From Lama guanicoe (taxonomy: Eukaryota): a DNA stretch of 64,000 nt. A program made the position numbers and the translations under genes. The stretch spans positions 1,118,001 to 1,182,000 of the forward strand of contig MU054391.1 of NCBI GenBank assembly GCA_013239625.1, in the 5' to 3' direction. Of this stretch, positions 36,001 through 49,759 are shown piece by piece. Below the pieces are notes generated by a model. The model was not told the DNA's origin. It did no database searches and saw only the letters and a list, made by a program, of their open reading frames with translations. Each line of letters starts with the position of its first letter. Within the stretch, counting starts at the first letter, position 1.

Positions 36001-39000
36001 ACATTTTAACATAAAATTGTGCATTCAATGTATTTATCATATTACATACATGTAAGTATGTAACATACAGTGTAAACCTAAACACACCACACACATTTGT
36101 CACACCGCTTCTTCCTGTCATTTTGCAGCTCATATTCTCTGAATTGCAGGAAATTTGGCCTTTTTCAAATCCGTGCACCACCCCTTCCTTCCCCCGCAAC
36201 ACATCAACACTTTTAAGCCAGAAGTTACTTATCCCAGGAGGTCCTAGTGGGCTAGATGGACATCAGACCAAGGCACCGCCGTGGTCTTTCCTGTCGCTTG
36301 CTCCGCTGGCTGGTTCCCTCCAGGCCACCTCTCGCAGAGCAGCCAGAGTCGGCCTGCGCGCACGCACGCCTGGTGATGCTCGCACAGCTTCCCATCACTA
36401 GAGGACCAAGGGGCAGAGTCTGGCCTGGGGTGCGAGGCCCTGACCCAGTGCCCCCCCCTTATCACCAGAGCCTCCTGCCTGCACCTCCTGGCGTAGCCGT
36501 GCCCTCCGCATTCGAGCTCCTGGGCGGCACCGCGGCGGCCCCCTGTGCACCGCTGTGTCCCCCATAGCGGGCCTGCTTAGCCTCAGCTCCAGCTCAGGCT
36601 GGTCCCTGCCTTGTGAAGCTTCTCAGGCCCCATCCCCACCCCAGTCCTCTGTGCCTGAGCCCACTTCTACGGAAGCCCTTTCCAAGCTGATTATTTTTGC
36701 GTGACTGCTGGTCTTACGACCATCCACCCAGCACAGTGCTCAGAAAGCAGCGGGAATTCAGCAACCGTCTGCTGTATGAACCCCTACCAGGCAGGGCTAG
36801 TGGGAGAGGCTCCTGTCGCCTTTATCCTTGTACAGCTTGACGATCGCGGTATGTGCACAATTTACAACTGGAAATATAGTGCCGTGATTTAAAATGATCT
36901 TTCCTATCAGATTGTGAAACGCGTTTAATCGTCATTTAAGGTTACGTCTTATCTCTTCCCATGACCCCCACTGGGAGGAGATGCTCCGTGCCCCCAGGCC
37001 CAGCGCCCTGACTCCGCACACGGCGCACATCGGGACGGACACGTGTTGACAGGTTGCTTCTGGCACTCTGGGAACTCGCCCTCCGATGATCTGATGAGTC
37101 AATAGAATAAATTAATGTCAGCAACAAATCCAATCACTTCTAAATTCTTACCAGGCTTAGCAAAGTCCTAATTCCCATTATTTAAAAAATATTAAGCCTT
37201 GTGGTCATCCCAAAGAAGATTAGCATGTTATAGGGTAACATCTTGCACGTATTGAAGACATGAAATGAAACAGCTTTTTATCTTGGCTGTGACCGTGAGA
37301 GAACACGCACAGGAGAAATGACGAGGAGCCTGTGCCAGGTGTCGTGGTCCTGATGTTTTAAATGTCCAATTTCCTGAAACTTCAAAAACCAGTATTTCCC
37401 TCAGCATCCCAGGTAGCATTATTACCTCTCAGGACAGGGAGAGAATGAAATATCAGCTCTGGTCTGGTCTGGCTCAGGGACCACCAAGGCACACTGATTC
37501 AACATTTCTAGACAAGATGATTTGCTGGGAGAGTTGTGGTGTCAGTAAAATCAGAAAGAAAGCCCAGGGCTGCGTTTGACACGTTTTATTATTGAGCACC
37601 TACCTGGAGCCAACTCCACCTTTAGTCACCTGAACATAGGCCCTCCTGCGCCCTGCCCCCCGCCCCCCGTGCTGCAGCCTTCCCGCCTGGCAAAGGCCAC
37701 TTTTAACCACAGAAGAGGATTCTCTGGGGAGAAGCTTCCTCCAGATTTGCTACTAAGTGAACAATTACAGGAATATTCCTCTTCATCAGTTCCTGGGAGC
37801 CAAAGGAAGAAACATTTTCTTATTTTATTTTACTATTCTGTCCGGTGCTTGGGCTGTCCTGCAGAAAGTCCAGTGTCAGAGAACTATGAAAAGCTCCCGA
37901 AGCTATGTTCCTGGTGTTCTGGCATCGTCAAGCCGCCTCAAAGAAAGCCTCTGAGGTGCGCCAGCTCGGCAGCCCCAGGGCCGCGGCACTGCCGTCTGGT
38001 CGGGGATGACAGAGGAGCCCAGCTGTCCAGGCAGGATGCCCAAGACCAGCTCCGTGAGGTCTCACTCCTGGGGCAAAAAACAGTTGAAGAGAAACAGTGG
38101 AAACAGAAACACTGAGCAAATAATTCCGTCCTCATCTGATTCTAGGTAGAGGTGACTTCGAGGGTGTAGAATACGTCACACGTTAATTAAAACTGAAGAT
38201 TAGTTTCTGTGGTTGAGCACAAGAGGGTAGACTGAAGCATCCAGGCCTGGGCGCTGCCTCCACAAGCCTCAGAGCACCATCGGAAGTCCGCCTCCTGACC
38301 TTCACGTGCAAACGGAGAAACAGCATGGTGGCGGGGAGGACCGTTTCCTCCCAGACATTTCCTGAGCTCAGACACGGAAAATTGTTAGATGTGTTTGTTG
38401 GCGAGTCAGTCACGTGCCTGGCACATGGAAGATGATCCTGATGGATTAGTCTACACACTTCCAAAGACTCACATGATGTTAACTGTCGCACCATCACTGC
38501 TGCACAATTCCGGGACTCTGCACAGTGCGTTCGTGGACTCATTAGTTTGCTGAGAAACTGCACATGGGCTCCTCTCGTCTGTCAGAGGTCATCAGAGATG
38601 CTACAGCCACCTGTGCCATTGGACGGAGTCCTCACCGAAAGGCACTGAGAGCGCCCGAGGGGAACACAAGCATGCCAGCACGTGTGCTGGTGTGGAAGAC
38701 AACGCGGACAGAACAAGGGCGTGGAGGGATCGGGACCACGCGAGGCGGGGGAGCCGGCGGAAGGCACGCTTGGGTGCGTGGGATGTGTGGAGGAGCCCTG
38801 GGCCCACAGCGCGGGCAGCGTAGCTCAGACGCAGGATGCGCTTTCTCCTGGACACTTACTACAACAGCAAAAGGCTTTCTGGATTATCCATGGGAAAGGA
38901 TTTATCTTTGTTGGACGGAATTGAGTAACTTGATCGGTCCAACATGTTAAATATGAGGAAACACGTTTCAGGTATAACTTGCATTAATGTTTCCAGACCG

Positions 39001-40494
39001 ATAGTTCTTGGTGTGCTGGAGTGCACCGTGAGCAAGGTAACACACTTACCTTCTGAAATAACGTGGTTCCCCATAAGAGCATTTAAATTCAGGTGACTTG
39101 TGGGCAGTGTGAATTATTCAGACAGTCACGGTGCAGAATAGCCCACGTGACATAGTTTAATCTACATTTCAGCTCTGGAGCCTGTATGTTTAATTGAGAT
39201 TTCGATCTATGCAGAAAGGAGGTTTGGAAAGTTCTGCCAATCAAAATGTCCTCTGTTGGCCACAGTGTGGACTGTGCTACTGATGACAAAAGAGGGTAGG
39301 GTAGTTAACTTTAGAAAAAAGTTGCCGGCAGGGCTGTGACCAGCACACACAGGAAAGCATGACTGGGGGGCACAGATGTAGTTACGAAACTTCTTGACTT
39401 TTACGGTGAGAACAAGCACTTCTCTGCCCGTTCTGCAAACTCTGTTTTGTAAATGTCCGTCCCTGAGTTCTCAGATCTCTGAGTCTCACTGTGATTCAAC
39501 CATTTCAGGCTAAGCCTGGTTGCAAAACCACGTACAACCCTGTAAGTGCGACAGTCCGCCTGCTGCCGCAGCAACACCATGAGGACACAGAAGTCCCCTG
39601 TGCCGCACTCCGAATTGTGACCTTCAGCTGACGGTGCTTCGAGCTCTGTGTGGTGCCCATTCCCGGAGGGGATGGAAATTTCTTTTCAAGGAAGGAAATG
39701 TGTTATAAACTGAATAGCACCAATAAGAGCTGAAGAGAGTTCAAAGATGGGCTTCTGAAATCCACAGAAAATTCTAGATTTGTTCAAAAATTCTCTACCT
39801 ATGTGCTGTGTAGCTGTTCCATTCCAGCCACAGTGCGCTGTCTCAGGGCCATCGAGACGTCTTCACATTCTCTCCAGTGCTGAACAACCTTCCAGGGTCT
39901 TGATAGATGCTCGATAAGTATCTGCTAAATAGCTTAAGGAATGAATTACATCCATGCTCATGGGCAGCGAGCTCTGGAGAACGTGTCCTATGGAGAATGG
40001 ACAATGTCACTAGACGAGGCAGTGATGGCGTGTGACCACCAACCTTCAAAACGAGAAGAGAACGTCCCTAGTGAGGGAGAGGAAACCCAGTGGAAGCAAC
40101 CCAGTTACACGCGGAAAACCAGCAAGCAGCACCGCGTCGGGAGCGCGCCGGGGGCTGCGAGGGTGAGCCGGGGGCCCACCCCCACAGCCCCACCCTTCCT
40201 TTCAGATACCTAGCCACGAGAGAAAGTGCAGACTCCCATCACTGCTGTTGTGAGTAAACCCTTGGTATGACGGACACCATCGAAACAGGCACCACAGCTG
40301 AGTCCTAACGAGGAGGCTGTTCTGGGCCCTGGGCCACGGCGGAGGCGACCTTAGGCTCTTGGCCACATGAGGACTGAACACTTCGTTGTAGCCACAGTGT
40401 ATCCGTTATTCATGAGTCTGAGCAAAGAAAAAGTTTGTGAGACAATTCTCAAGAAATAAGAGTGCTGTTAGCTATCGTAGGCATGGATTACAGG

Positions 40495-40729
40495 TCATCC
40501 TTGGCTTCCTAGGGGGGCCACGACAAAGCACTGCAGTGGCCTCACGCAACAGACACGTGCTCTTCCTCGGCGCTGGAGGCCAGAAGCCCTAGATCAAGGT
40601 CTCTGTGGGCTTGGTTCCTTCCAAGGGAGGCTCTGTTCCTGCGTCTTGCCAGGCAGGCTAAGGGCGGCAGCCCTTGGCGTCCCATGGCCACAGCTGCATC
40701 TCTCCATCCTCTGCCTTGTCCTCACATGG

Positions 40730-40761
<32 letters not shown>

Positions 40762-40932
40762 CTGGGCCCCTTACGAGGACACCAGTCATTGAACTTAGGG
40801 CCATCCAAATGACCTCAGCTTAACTGGATCACGCCTGCAATGACCCTATTTCCAAATAAGGTCACATTCACAGGCACTGGGGGTTGGGACTTCAACATTC
40901 CTTGCAGGGGAACACAGTTCAGCCCAGAGCAG
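40495..40932 (-). mobile_element. MaLR MLT1 (B/C-like) solo LTR containing (TG)n
   Basis: CTGGAGGCCAGAAGCCCTAGATCAAGG; ACCCTATTTCCAAATAAGGTCACATTCACAGG; ACACAGTTCAGCCC. (TG)n at 40739-40761. Confidence 0.88.
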
Positions 40933-41094
40933 GATGCTAGCCTGGTCCGCAGGGCACCAGGAGAGTGGGGGCGTGGGGGGCCGACGGGTCTTACCGCACT
41001 CCAGCCCCAGCCTTGCTGGAGCTTCTCTCACAGCCACAGCCCGTGACTCGAGAGGTGTTATTCTGGTGTGTTATGTCTTCGGAAGAAGTGCAAG

Positions 41095-41230
41095 ACAGGT
41101 TCTTCTGCTGTGTGAGTGGCGGGTGGGTCATTCTCATCTGGTGACGGTTACCTGGGTGTACACACCTATCAAAACCCATCAAGCCGCGCACTTAAGATGT
41201 ATTGTTTTTCCCTCTGTCAGTGACATCAAA
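41095..41230 (+). mobile_element. Old L1 3' end fragment
   Basis: GGTGACGGTTACCTGGGTGTACACACCTATCAAAACCCATCAAGCCGCGCACTTAAGAT. Confidence 0.65.
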
Positions 41231-41454
41231 AGATGCTTCACAAATGGTTCTGGGCCAAGTCTGGCACACGTTTTCTGTGGCACATGCATGATAAGAATTG
41301 TGAAGTGCCCCGATCTCACAGCTCCCCCGACTTACGTGATGCCTTGTGCTAACAGAGAGCAATTATTTCTCTGAGTTAATTATGTACCTGCACTCGAGTT
41401 AATGGTTTACCAGTAATGCTCTTTTCCCCATCTATTATTTATATGGTAATTTTA

Positions 41455-41735
41455 TTAACTTCATTTATTCATTATTTTATTCAGTATCTGAGAGGCCACT
41501 ATGCCCCAGATATTGCAGTAATTGCTGCAGAGGCAGCAATGACTCAGACCTGGCCCTTGCCTTCGAAACTCACTCCCGAGTCTCGGAGCCAGATCCACAG
41601 ACAGCTGCCCCAGCTGTCGAGAGTGCTGTGTGTGAGGGACCGGCAGGGCACCAGAGGGGCCGAGGGGAGCGCACTGGCATCAGACAGAACGCTGGCCGGT
41701 GACAGCAGAGGGAGTGACATTTGAGTGAGGGATGC
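41455..41735 (-). mobile_element. L2 3' end fragment
   Basis: TCATTTATTCATT...CAGTATCTGAGAGGCCACTATGCCCCAG...GGCCCTTGCCTTC pattern. Confidence 0.55.
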
Positions 41736-41875
41736 AGATATAAAGTTTTCTTAACTGCAGTATAACCAGTTACCATGTGTCAGTTTCTGGTGTACAGCAC
41801 ACCCAGAGTTTAATGACAGATGCAGAGGTCAGGCAGGGAGGCGAAAGCCACACGGGGTGATCAGGTGACAAGGAG

Positions 41876-42010
41876 ACGCACATGCACAGATACACACATG
41901 GGTGTACACATGTGCACACACATACACACATGCCTACACCTCCATGCACATGGACACATTCACACAGGCACGCACATGCACGCGCACATGCACACACACT
42001 CGTGCACGCA
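41876..42010. repeat. CA/CATG-rich low-complexity tract
   Basis: Direct reading. Confidence 0.85.
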
Positions 42011-42822
42011 AAGGCACTCACTGGTGCGTGTGCACTCGCTCACTTAGAAAAGCCAAGTCCTGTCCTGGGGACGCCTCGGGGCGTCCGCGTGGAGCCTGGC
42101 GATGTGGGCCCCCGGGTTCCGCATGGGCTCGGTCCGGGCTCAGTGGGGCCTCAGGGCAGCTGGGTTGTGGGCGCCGCTCTGGTACCACTGTCCTTTTGCT
42201 TTGTGCCAGGTGGGGCCCCTACGGACACACTCTGAGTTCTACAGTTGAACTGGAAACGAACTTGAAAGAAACAGCTTTGGTCAAATTTAGATTAAATTTT
42301 GGATGTGCTGCTAACATGGAAAGAAGCACATTTGCCTTCAGAGGAAGCCAACATCTAGTAATTAGTGACTTAGGGGGACGAGGAGCAGGGTCTAGTCTGC
42401 GTTCTGTAGGAGAGGAAATGGAACTTAATTCAAAGTACAAGAAAAATACGGGAATCGCATTTTAATTTATCTTTCTCCACCTTCGTTTTGTGAATATGTG
42501 ATTTTAAGTGAATAAATACTCTGACTGTGTAAGTCTCTCCTTGCCGACATCTGTGTCTGCCGGAGAGGATCTTTAAGGTCATCAGTGTTGCTGAGAACCT
42601 TCAGCTGTGAGGACCATGGCGTCCCAGGACAGAACAGAGAAATGCTGGCTGAGAGTGGCCTGAGCTGTGCCGTGGTGGGGAGGCCAGCTGCCCACCTGGG
42701 TCTGCACCAGAATCACCTTTCTCCCATTCTCAGTGCTTCCAACCCAGCAAATGGCCGACCCCATGAAATAAAGCGTGACATGGCCCTGCAGTTAGAAAAC
42801 CAACAGGGAGCTGATCTCGAGC

Positions 42823-43188
42823 TACACAGTCAGTCACACAGTCAGCCAGCATCACACAGTCAGCCAGCGATCATACAGTCAGCCAGTGATCACACAGTCA
42901 GCCAGCATCACACAGTCAGCCAGTGATCACACAGTCAGCCAGCGATCACACAGTCAGCCAGCATCACACAGTCAGCCAGAGATCACACAGTCAGCCAGAG
43001 ATCACACAGTCAGCCAGTGATCACTCAGTCAGCCAGCATCACACAGTCAGCCAGAGATCACACAGTCAGCCAGTGATCACACAGCCAGCAATCACACAGT
43101 TAGTCAGCATCACACAGTCAGCCAGTGATCACACAGTCAGCCAGCGATCACACAGTCAGCCAGCATCACACAGTCAGCCAGCAATCAC
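42823..43188. repeat. 18-19-bp minisatellite (CACACAGTCAGCCAG[C/T/A](G)AT)n, about 20 copies
   Basis: Direct reading. It produces the repetitive SHSQP / ITQSASDHTVSQ ORFs. Confidence 0.95.
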
Positions 43189-45749
43189 GGCTATAGAGAA
43201 TCAGCTCTGGGCACAGATTCAAGGGGCCCGAGGGTTGGAGGCCCAGGGACAGGCCTCCCAACCTGCTTCTCCATCCCCAGCATCTGGCCTCCAGGCCCAG
43301 GCCAACACCTGCGGGGCCCAGCGGGTCAGGGGACGGCCCTGCTTGGGACCAGGACCAGGCGGCCTCACGGGGTCGTGGATGCTCACACCCAGGCTCCCTC
43401 ATCACCCCCAGCCCGCTGTGGCCACAGCATCTGGTTACAGGTGGAGCGTGTCCACCTGTGTGTCCTGGGAACTTGGCCGGGTGCTCCGGGCCCACCCCAC
43501 ACTGCCCCTAGAGAGGACGCCCACAGCTTCGCGGTGCAATGGTTACAGGCAGCCTGGGAGGGGTCTCAGGTACCCTTTGCCTCCAGAGCTGTCTCAGTCC
43601 TGAGCCAGATCAAGGCAACGAGAGATCAGGAAACAGACATCTCACTGGGGGCCTGGGATGGACAGCCCTGGCACATGAGCCCTTGCCGCCAGCCGTCCTC
43701 CACGGGAGCTGGAGGGAGTCCGAGAGCTCAGGCAGCAAGGTCACACGTGTGACACGTGAGCCCAGGACGAGCCCTTCCCTAGCGTCAGCGGCCGCCAGGG
43801 TCCGGCGAGGCGGTCGGCGGCCGGCCGTGCGGAGTGCGCCCTCACCCTTTCAGAAGGGAGCCTGCCTTTGCAGTGATGGTTTATTTTATTGCGGCTCGCA
43901 GCCTGAGAAAACCCCTCAGGAGGCTCTCGATCATTCTGGGGAAAGAGGTTCTGAAGATGGTCCCAGGGGACACTCCGTCAGGTGCCCATGGGGCCGCGGG
44001 CGCCCCGCTGCTCAGCGGGGCAGGTGAAGGCCGCAAAGGCAGAGACCCAGAGAGCAACAAACAGCTGCAGACGGGCCCCTCCCCCAGCCAGACGGCTCTC
44101 GGGAGGAGAGAGGTTCCCGGGTGACAGCCCCAGAGGCTTAGGAAACAGAAACAGGGCGGCTGCTCCCCGCGCCCCCTTCCCAGGAGGGCCTCTGTGGGGG
44201 CTGCGTTTAGTCCCTGCGGGCCCTGATCGGGGCCTGATGGCGCCAGTCACCTGTGGAGGAAGGAGGTTCTGCCCTGGGACCTCTGGCCGAGTGGGCCTGA
44301 ACCCTGGGCTGCAGCCGCCCGGGCCGCCCCGCCCCTGTTGGGAGGGTAGGTCTGTGTCAGTCCTTCCCGGCTGTGGTATCCGCCCCCTCTCCTTCCTCGA
44401 AAGGGAGAGAAAGTGAGCTTCACACAGAGATGAAGAAAAAGGGTCTTTCCCAAAACCAGCAGCCCCTCAGCAGGGGCTTGTTGCAGGGTGGGAGGCGGGA
44501 ACAGGAGGGAGGAAGGCGGGGCTGGGAGGGACGGGGGAGGGCAGGGGAGGGGAGGCAGCTGCCCAAGGCTCCAGGACCTGCTTGCCTGAAGAGCCGAGGC
44601 CCCCAGCAGAGCTGTTAAACGGCTGCGGTTCATCCATCTTTTGTTCTATGGATGGAGGTCACAGGGAAGCGGGGAGAGAGAGCCCAGGGCTGCTGAGCCT
44701 GTGAGTCGCCATGGGAACCAGGGCAGCGTGACCCCCTGCTCCCTGCCCGCCTGCTCCCTGCGGCTCTCACCCTGGGATTCCAGCTCTGGAGGGTGCCGGC
44801 CTGGTGTCCCAGCAGAGACTGGTGGTAAACAGCCCGTCCGCCAGCCCACGCTGCCCTCCTCTCCCCGGGGACCCTGCTAGAATCCGCAGGAACAGCTGAC
44901 TCAGGCTCTTCCTGTGTGAGCACAGAGCATGTCTGCCAGCTCTGTTCTCGCAGAGGATGGGGAGGGAGAAAGCGGCTGGCGCAGCAGGCCCCACCCCGCC
45001 CCAGCCTGGGGCCGCTGGGTCGGGGCTGCTCCAGGCGGCTGGCGCCCCTGCAGCGTCAGCGCCGCCCCGGGGACTGCTTCCGGTTGTTGCTTCCCTGGCT
45101 CAGACCTTCATCCCCATCACTTGTGAGAAACGCACACACTGAGGCAGCAACTCCTGGGCTGGCACGTGCCCCAGGGTGGTGACGGGCACCCAGGCTGAGA
45201 GCCACTGAAAGATCTTCCCGAGGAGAAGGCAGTCCTGCTAGGAGCCAGGCCGGGGCACTGCGCCCTAGGACACTTTCTGCCGGAAAATTCTTCCCGCAGA
45301 ACCGGGCTAGAACTGAAGTGGCTGGCTTTTTATTCCAATGGCTTTCATCCATTTCTTGGCCACAGGATTTTTTCTATGGAATTTTGCATGCACCCCAGTG
45401 TGCCCTGGAGCAGACGGAGGGCAGATGTTCCAGCTGCAGGGAGCGAGGTGCACAGGAAGGGGGCCCAGGGCCTCCTGCAGGACCCCGTGGTGTCTTCATG
45501 GACCCCCAGGGTCCCAAGCACAGTTCTAGAACCGCCAAGTTATCCGAACCTCACTTCGACTGCTGAAATTATTCTTCATGACATACCTAACAAGTGATAT
45601 TTTGAGTATTTGGAGGGTCAAATGACCAGTGTTCCATTTACCTCCTCCTTTTAAAAGAAACATCTGCTTTTGATCTGTGCAGGCATCACATATTTTAGGC
45701 AAAAACACCGTCCGAGATGGGGACTCACCATCAGTCAAGTCAGTCCTTC

Positions 45750-45955
45750 CTACGCTGAGATCATATTCGAACCGTGTGACCTTGAGGAACTTACTTCCTC
45801 TTTCTGAATCTTTATTTAATTATTTATCTGCAAAATAAAAATAGTAACAACACTGACTTCGCTGGGTACCGAGTTAAATGGGATAATCCATTTGAAGTTC
45901 TCGTTCCATGACTGGGTGCGTGATGAGAACCCAGTGGGAACTGGAGATCACCATC
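45750..45955 (+). mobile_element. MIR SINE
   Basis: GTGTGACCTTGAGGAACTTACTT...ATCTGCAAAAT...GTTAAATGGGATAATCCAT. Confidence 0.7.
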
Positions 45956-46592
45956 AGTGGTGGCAGCAATCATTATTCTTGCGATGTCCTTGTTATTGAA
46001 CCGAAATCCGCATTGTTGAATGTTGCCCGGTCTTAGCTGTGTCCTTGGGAGCTGCCCAGAGTGAACAAATGGAATCCTTGGAGCTTCGCAGAGGATACGG
46101 AATCTCTCAGCTGAGACCTCCTTCGCCATCTAACCACCGGACGGAGGCCCAGCCCCAGCTCCCTGCTTCCTTCTGGCTGCCTCCCTCCCAAGTTCTGCGG
46201 CCTCTCCACCTGGGCCGGCGCCGAGGCCCCTGCCCCGCCGGAGCCCCTGGCCCACGCGCCGCCTCCCCGGTCCTCTAACAGCTCACGTCACCCCACAGCC
46301 ACGCGGTCCCCCAGCCCCACGTCAGTCCCCGCCGCTGTCCTGTCTTATTCTCTTGTCCAGAAAGGTGCCCCCCCAGGGTCTCTGTCGGTCCCACGTCCCA
46401 TTCACTCTTCATAACTCGCCCTCTGGGAACTCGCTCACAAGAACAACGCCCCCTTATTGTTAAACCGAACGGAAGGTTTTCAGCTCTTATTTTACTGAAT
46501 CTTGTAGCAATGTGAGAACATCAATCTCGTTTATTAAAAATCTCTGCCCCAAGTTCCTTGATACCAAACGCCCAGGTTTTCACCTTGGCCAG

Positions 46593-46982
46593 TGTATGTG
46601 TCAGTCAGCTGTGACTACAGGAACAAAATACCCCAGCCTGGGCGGCTTCCGTAACAGACGTGTTCTGTCGCGGAGGCTGGACGTCCGAGATCCAGGTGTG
46701 GGCAAGGCTGGCGTCGCCTGAAGCCTCTCTCCTCTGCTGGCAGACGGCCGGCGCCCCTCCGTGTCCCCATATGGTCGTCTCTGCACCCTGCTCTCTCTCT
46801 GCGTCCACGCTTCCTCTTCTCGCAGGACACCAATAGTGTTAGATTAGGACCCCTGCCGCGACAGCTTCATGCTGACTGATCACCTCCTCAAAGGCCTGTC
46901 TCCTGACACGTTCACATTCTGACCTGCTGGGGCTTGGGGCTTTGACACAGGAATCAGGGGAGACAGAGTTCAGCCCACAACA
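46593..46982 (-). mobile_element. MaLR MLT1A-like solo LTR
   Basis: AACAAAATACCCCAGCCTGGGCGGCTT...GGAGGCTGGACGTCCGAGATCCAGGTG...GGAGACAGAGTTCAGCCCACAACA. Confidence 0.85.
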
Positions 46983-47234
46983 CCCAGTCTTCCTCATGAG
47001 CCTCTGCCCCTGGCTGCTGACTCCCAGGGCCCCATGCTGGGCTGTAGCCCTGGGTGGTCCCGTCCTCTGTGGCTTCCGTCGCTGTGTCAAGCACACACTG
47101 GACACGGCCCGTGGATGTCACCCGGGTGTCTTCAACTCAACCCCCAACACTAAGTGAACCTCTTTCTTCTGAAGTTCGCATTTGTTCTTTGTTCTCTAGT
47201 CCACATCGCAGTGAATTCATTCACGTGTTAACCT

Positions 47235-48800
47235 AGCACCCATCCATCCTTCCAAAAACACTTATTAAGCACCATGTCTGAGCCATCTTTACATGTGCGG
47301 GTCTTACAGTAGAATGAGAACGTCAGACAGTTCCTGAACCGATGGAAAATTCCATCTCCAATACGCACTAGGAAGGAGAGATTCAGACACAGGAGGGCAG
47401 GTACCACGGAGGTGCGGCCAGTTCACGGGGGAGAGGGAAGCTCTGAGTACGACTTTTAGTTCATTAGTTTAGTATAGTGTTTATTACCCAATACTAGCTT
47501 GAGGAAGCGACCTTGAGGAAGGACGAGGGGGAGAAGTGGACACCGAGCGGAGAGGACAACGTTCCCCTGAGAGGAGAGCGGGTGCGAGGGCAGGGCTGGC
47601 GCCTCGGGAGGCGGCCTGTGGAAGCGGGTGGGGGCCAGGCCGGGCGGGGCACTGAGGGGCACAGTGAGGGTGTTTTTCTTCCTTTTCATGAAAAGCAGTA
47701 GGACCCCACTGCAAGGCTTTACATGGTGGGGTGACATTATAAGTCTGAGATGCCAAATGGTAAGTCGCTCCGACTGCTTATGTGGTGGATGAGGTCGAGG
47801 TCAGAGGAGACGCAGGTGAACCAACACGTCAAGGCCACAGCCCCGGCCAGCAGCGCAGCGGCTTCGAGAGAGTAGTCGTTGTGAGGAAAGTGGAGAGGTG
47901 GGTGGAAGTTTGGGAAACATATGGGGTGATACATGGTGATAGATTGAATCTGAGAAGTCAGAAGAAGGAAGGTGTCGAATGATTCTCAGGTTTCTGGCTC
48001 ATACAATTGGTTGGCGAGTGATGCCTGCGGTGAGCAAAGAGTCTGGAAGAGGTTTGGGTGAAGAGTTGGCCGCGCGCTGGGACAGACTGAAGATGTCGAG
48101 GGGGCTGAAATTCAGGCTTCGGGACAAGTCTGAGCTGCAGAGCCGAGTTAGGGCAGAAATGCTGCGTGGGAGTGACTTCAGTGCGCTGTGGAGAGACGGT
48201 CTAGGGAGGCAGCCGGGAGTGCGGCCAGGGGAGGGTGCAGATCTGAACCCGAGAAGCTCCAACGTCTACGGGCCCCAAGGGAAGGCTGGGCACCCACGGG
48301 GATGGGGGAGGCGTAGCCCTGTTTGTTATGTGTGTGGAGCAGGAGTCTGGAACCTGGAAAAGACCAGCTGACATGATCGACCTTGCTAAGGATGGAAAGC
48401 TCCCCGCTGAACTTAGCAACCTGGAGGTCACTGTTTACTTTGGCAACAGCAGTTCCTGAGTCATGAGGCGGCAGCCAGAGTGGTTCATCTGAGGAAGAAG
48501 TGGGAGCAGCATGTGCTGTGACCTCTTTGGAGAAAAGGGGAACAGAGAGGGAGCCAGAGGTAGGAATGGGGTCCAGGGAGAACGGCTGGACCATTTTACT
48601 TGCCTGTTTTTAAGGTCCTGTTGGCTGAAAGGGATGTTGAGGACTGCCCGGTTCCTCCCCAGCCGCCACTGAAGGGCTAAGTACCCGTCACTTCTGCTGG
48701 CGGTTCTCACTGGGTCCCTCCGTAGGCACTGCTGTTGAGCGAAGACAGTCACCTCCTCCAAACGCACCAGCTTTCCATGGGGACATCCTCACTGACACAG
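47235..48800 (-). mobile_element. Eutherian L2 (3' UTR and ORF2 RT remnant)
   Basis: The 3' end CATCCATCCTTCCAAAAACACTTATTAAGCACC. Minus ORF 48178-48594 has SLDPIPTS...LPPHDSGTAVAKVNSDLQVAKFSGELSIL, matching L2 FRPHHSTETALVKVTNDLHVAKSNGQFSVL. Confidence 0.8.
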
Positions 48801-49759
48801 ATCGTTGCAGGGCTGTGCAGGCCTAGCTCACTCCCCTCCGTGTGGGAAACTCGGAATGGCCACCCCTGCAGAGCTTCCCAAGGAGCTGGCATGTGGGCTC
48901 TTTTGCAACATGGCAGCCTGACTTCTCCCTACAGCTGTTGATCCCAAGGTTGCTCATCCCAGGAAACCAACACATGACCCTCCATAAGTTCATCTCCTCT
49001 GTCTGGTTCTGCATTTCCTTTGGGTCCCAGCACAGCATTTACTGCCTCCAGGAAGCCCCCAGAGAAGGGCTGTGTTTGGTACCCCTCCAGCATGGACCCT
49101 CACCCCTCGTGTGTCCCCTGCCATAGCAACCACCCCTCACCAGGCCCTCGGAGCTCCACTTACGGCCACCGTGCTGCACTGACTCATTAAACTACAAAGT
49201 GTTGCTGAAGTATGTGCCGTTCCAGGGCATACACACATTCTCCCCACACTCTCAATGACGTCATAAAGTGAGCATATCCTGCAGCCTCTGTGTTCCCTAT
49301 TTGCCATTTATCTTGTGTCAGGACAAGCAATTTTAATCCATGACAGCTGGAAAAAATTAAAAAGCTGTGCAAATTTTTTTGAATGTGCCAACATGAAATG
49401 AAGACAGATTATTAACCTGGATGATAAAATTCAAGCTTTATGGCTCAAGATGCCTTCAAGTGAATGATCTAAGAGTGAAAGATAGAGCAATCGGTGTGCA
49501 ATTAGGAATTGGTAAAACTGATTTAATAATATGAAGAGCATTGTAAGCATCGCTCAGCCTGGGCATATTGACCAACAATTATATAAATTAATGCTAGCTG
49601 AATAAAGCTACAGTCCCAGAAATTGTTATATTATTGGAAATTTGAAGGAAAGGAAAGTTATTGCCAATGTTAGAGTGGATTATTACAACTACTATTTTCA
49701 GAAAACATACTTCCTTGCTAGACAGAGTCTACATGTGTTATTGTTGTCTTTTGACATGG

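Noticed and set aside
42585..43603. Longest ORFs (113 and 226 aa) as protein genes
   Set aside because: They are translations of a minisatellite running into GC-rich DNA, with no recognisable domain.
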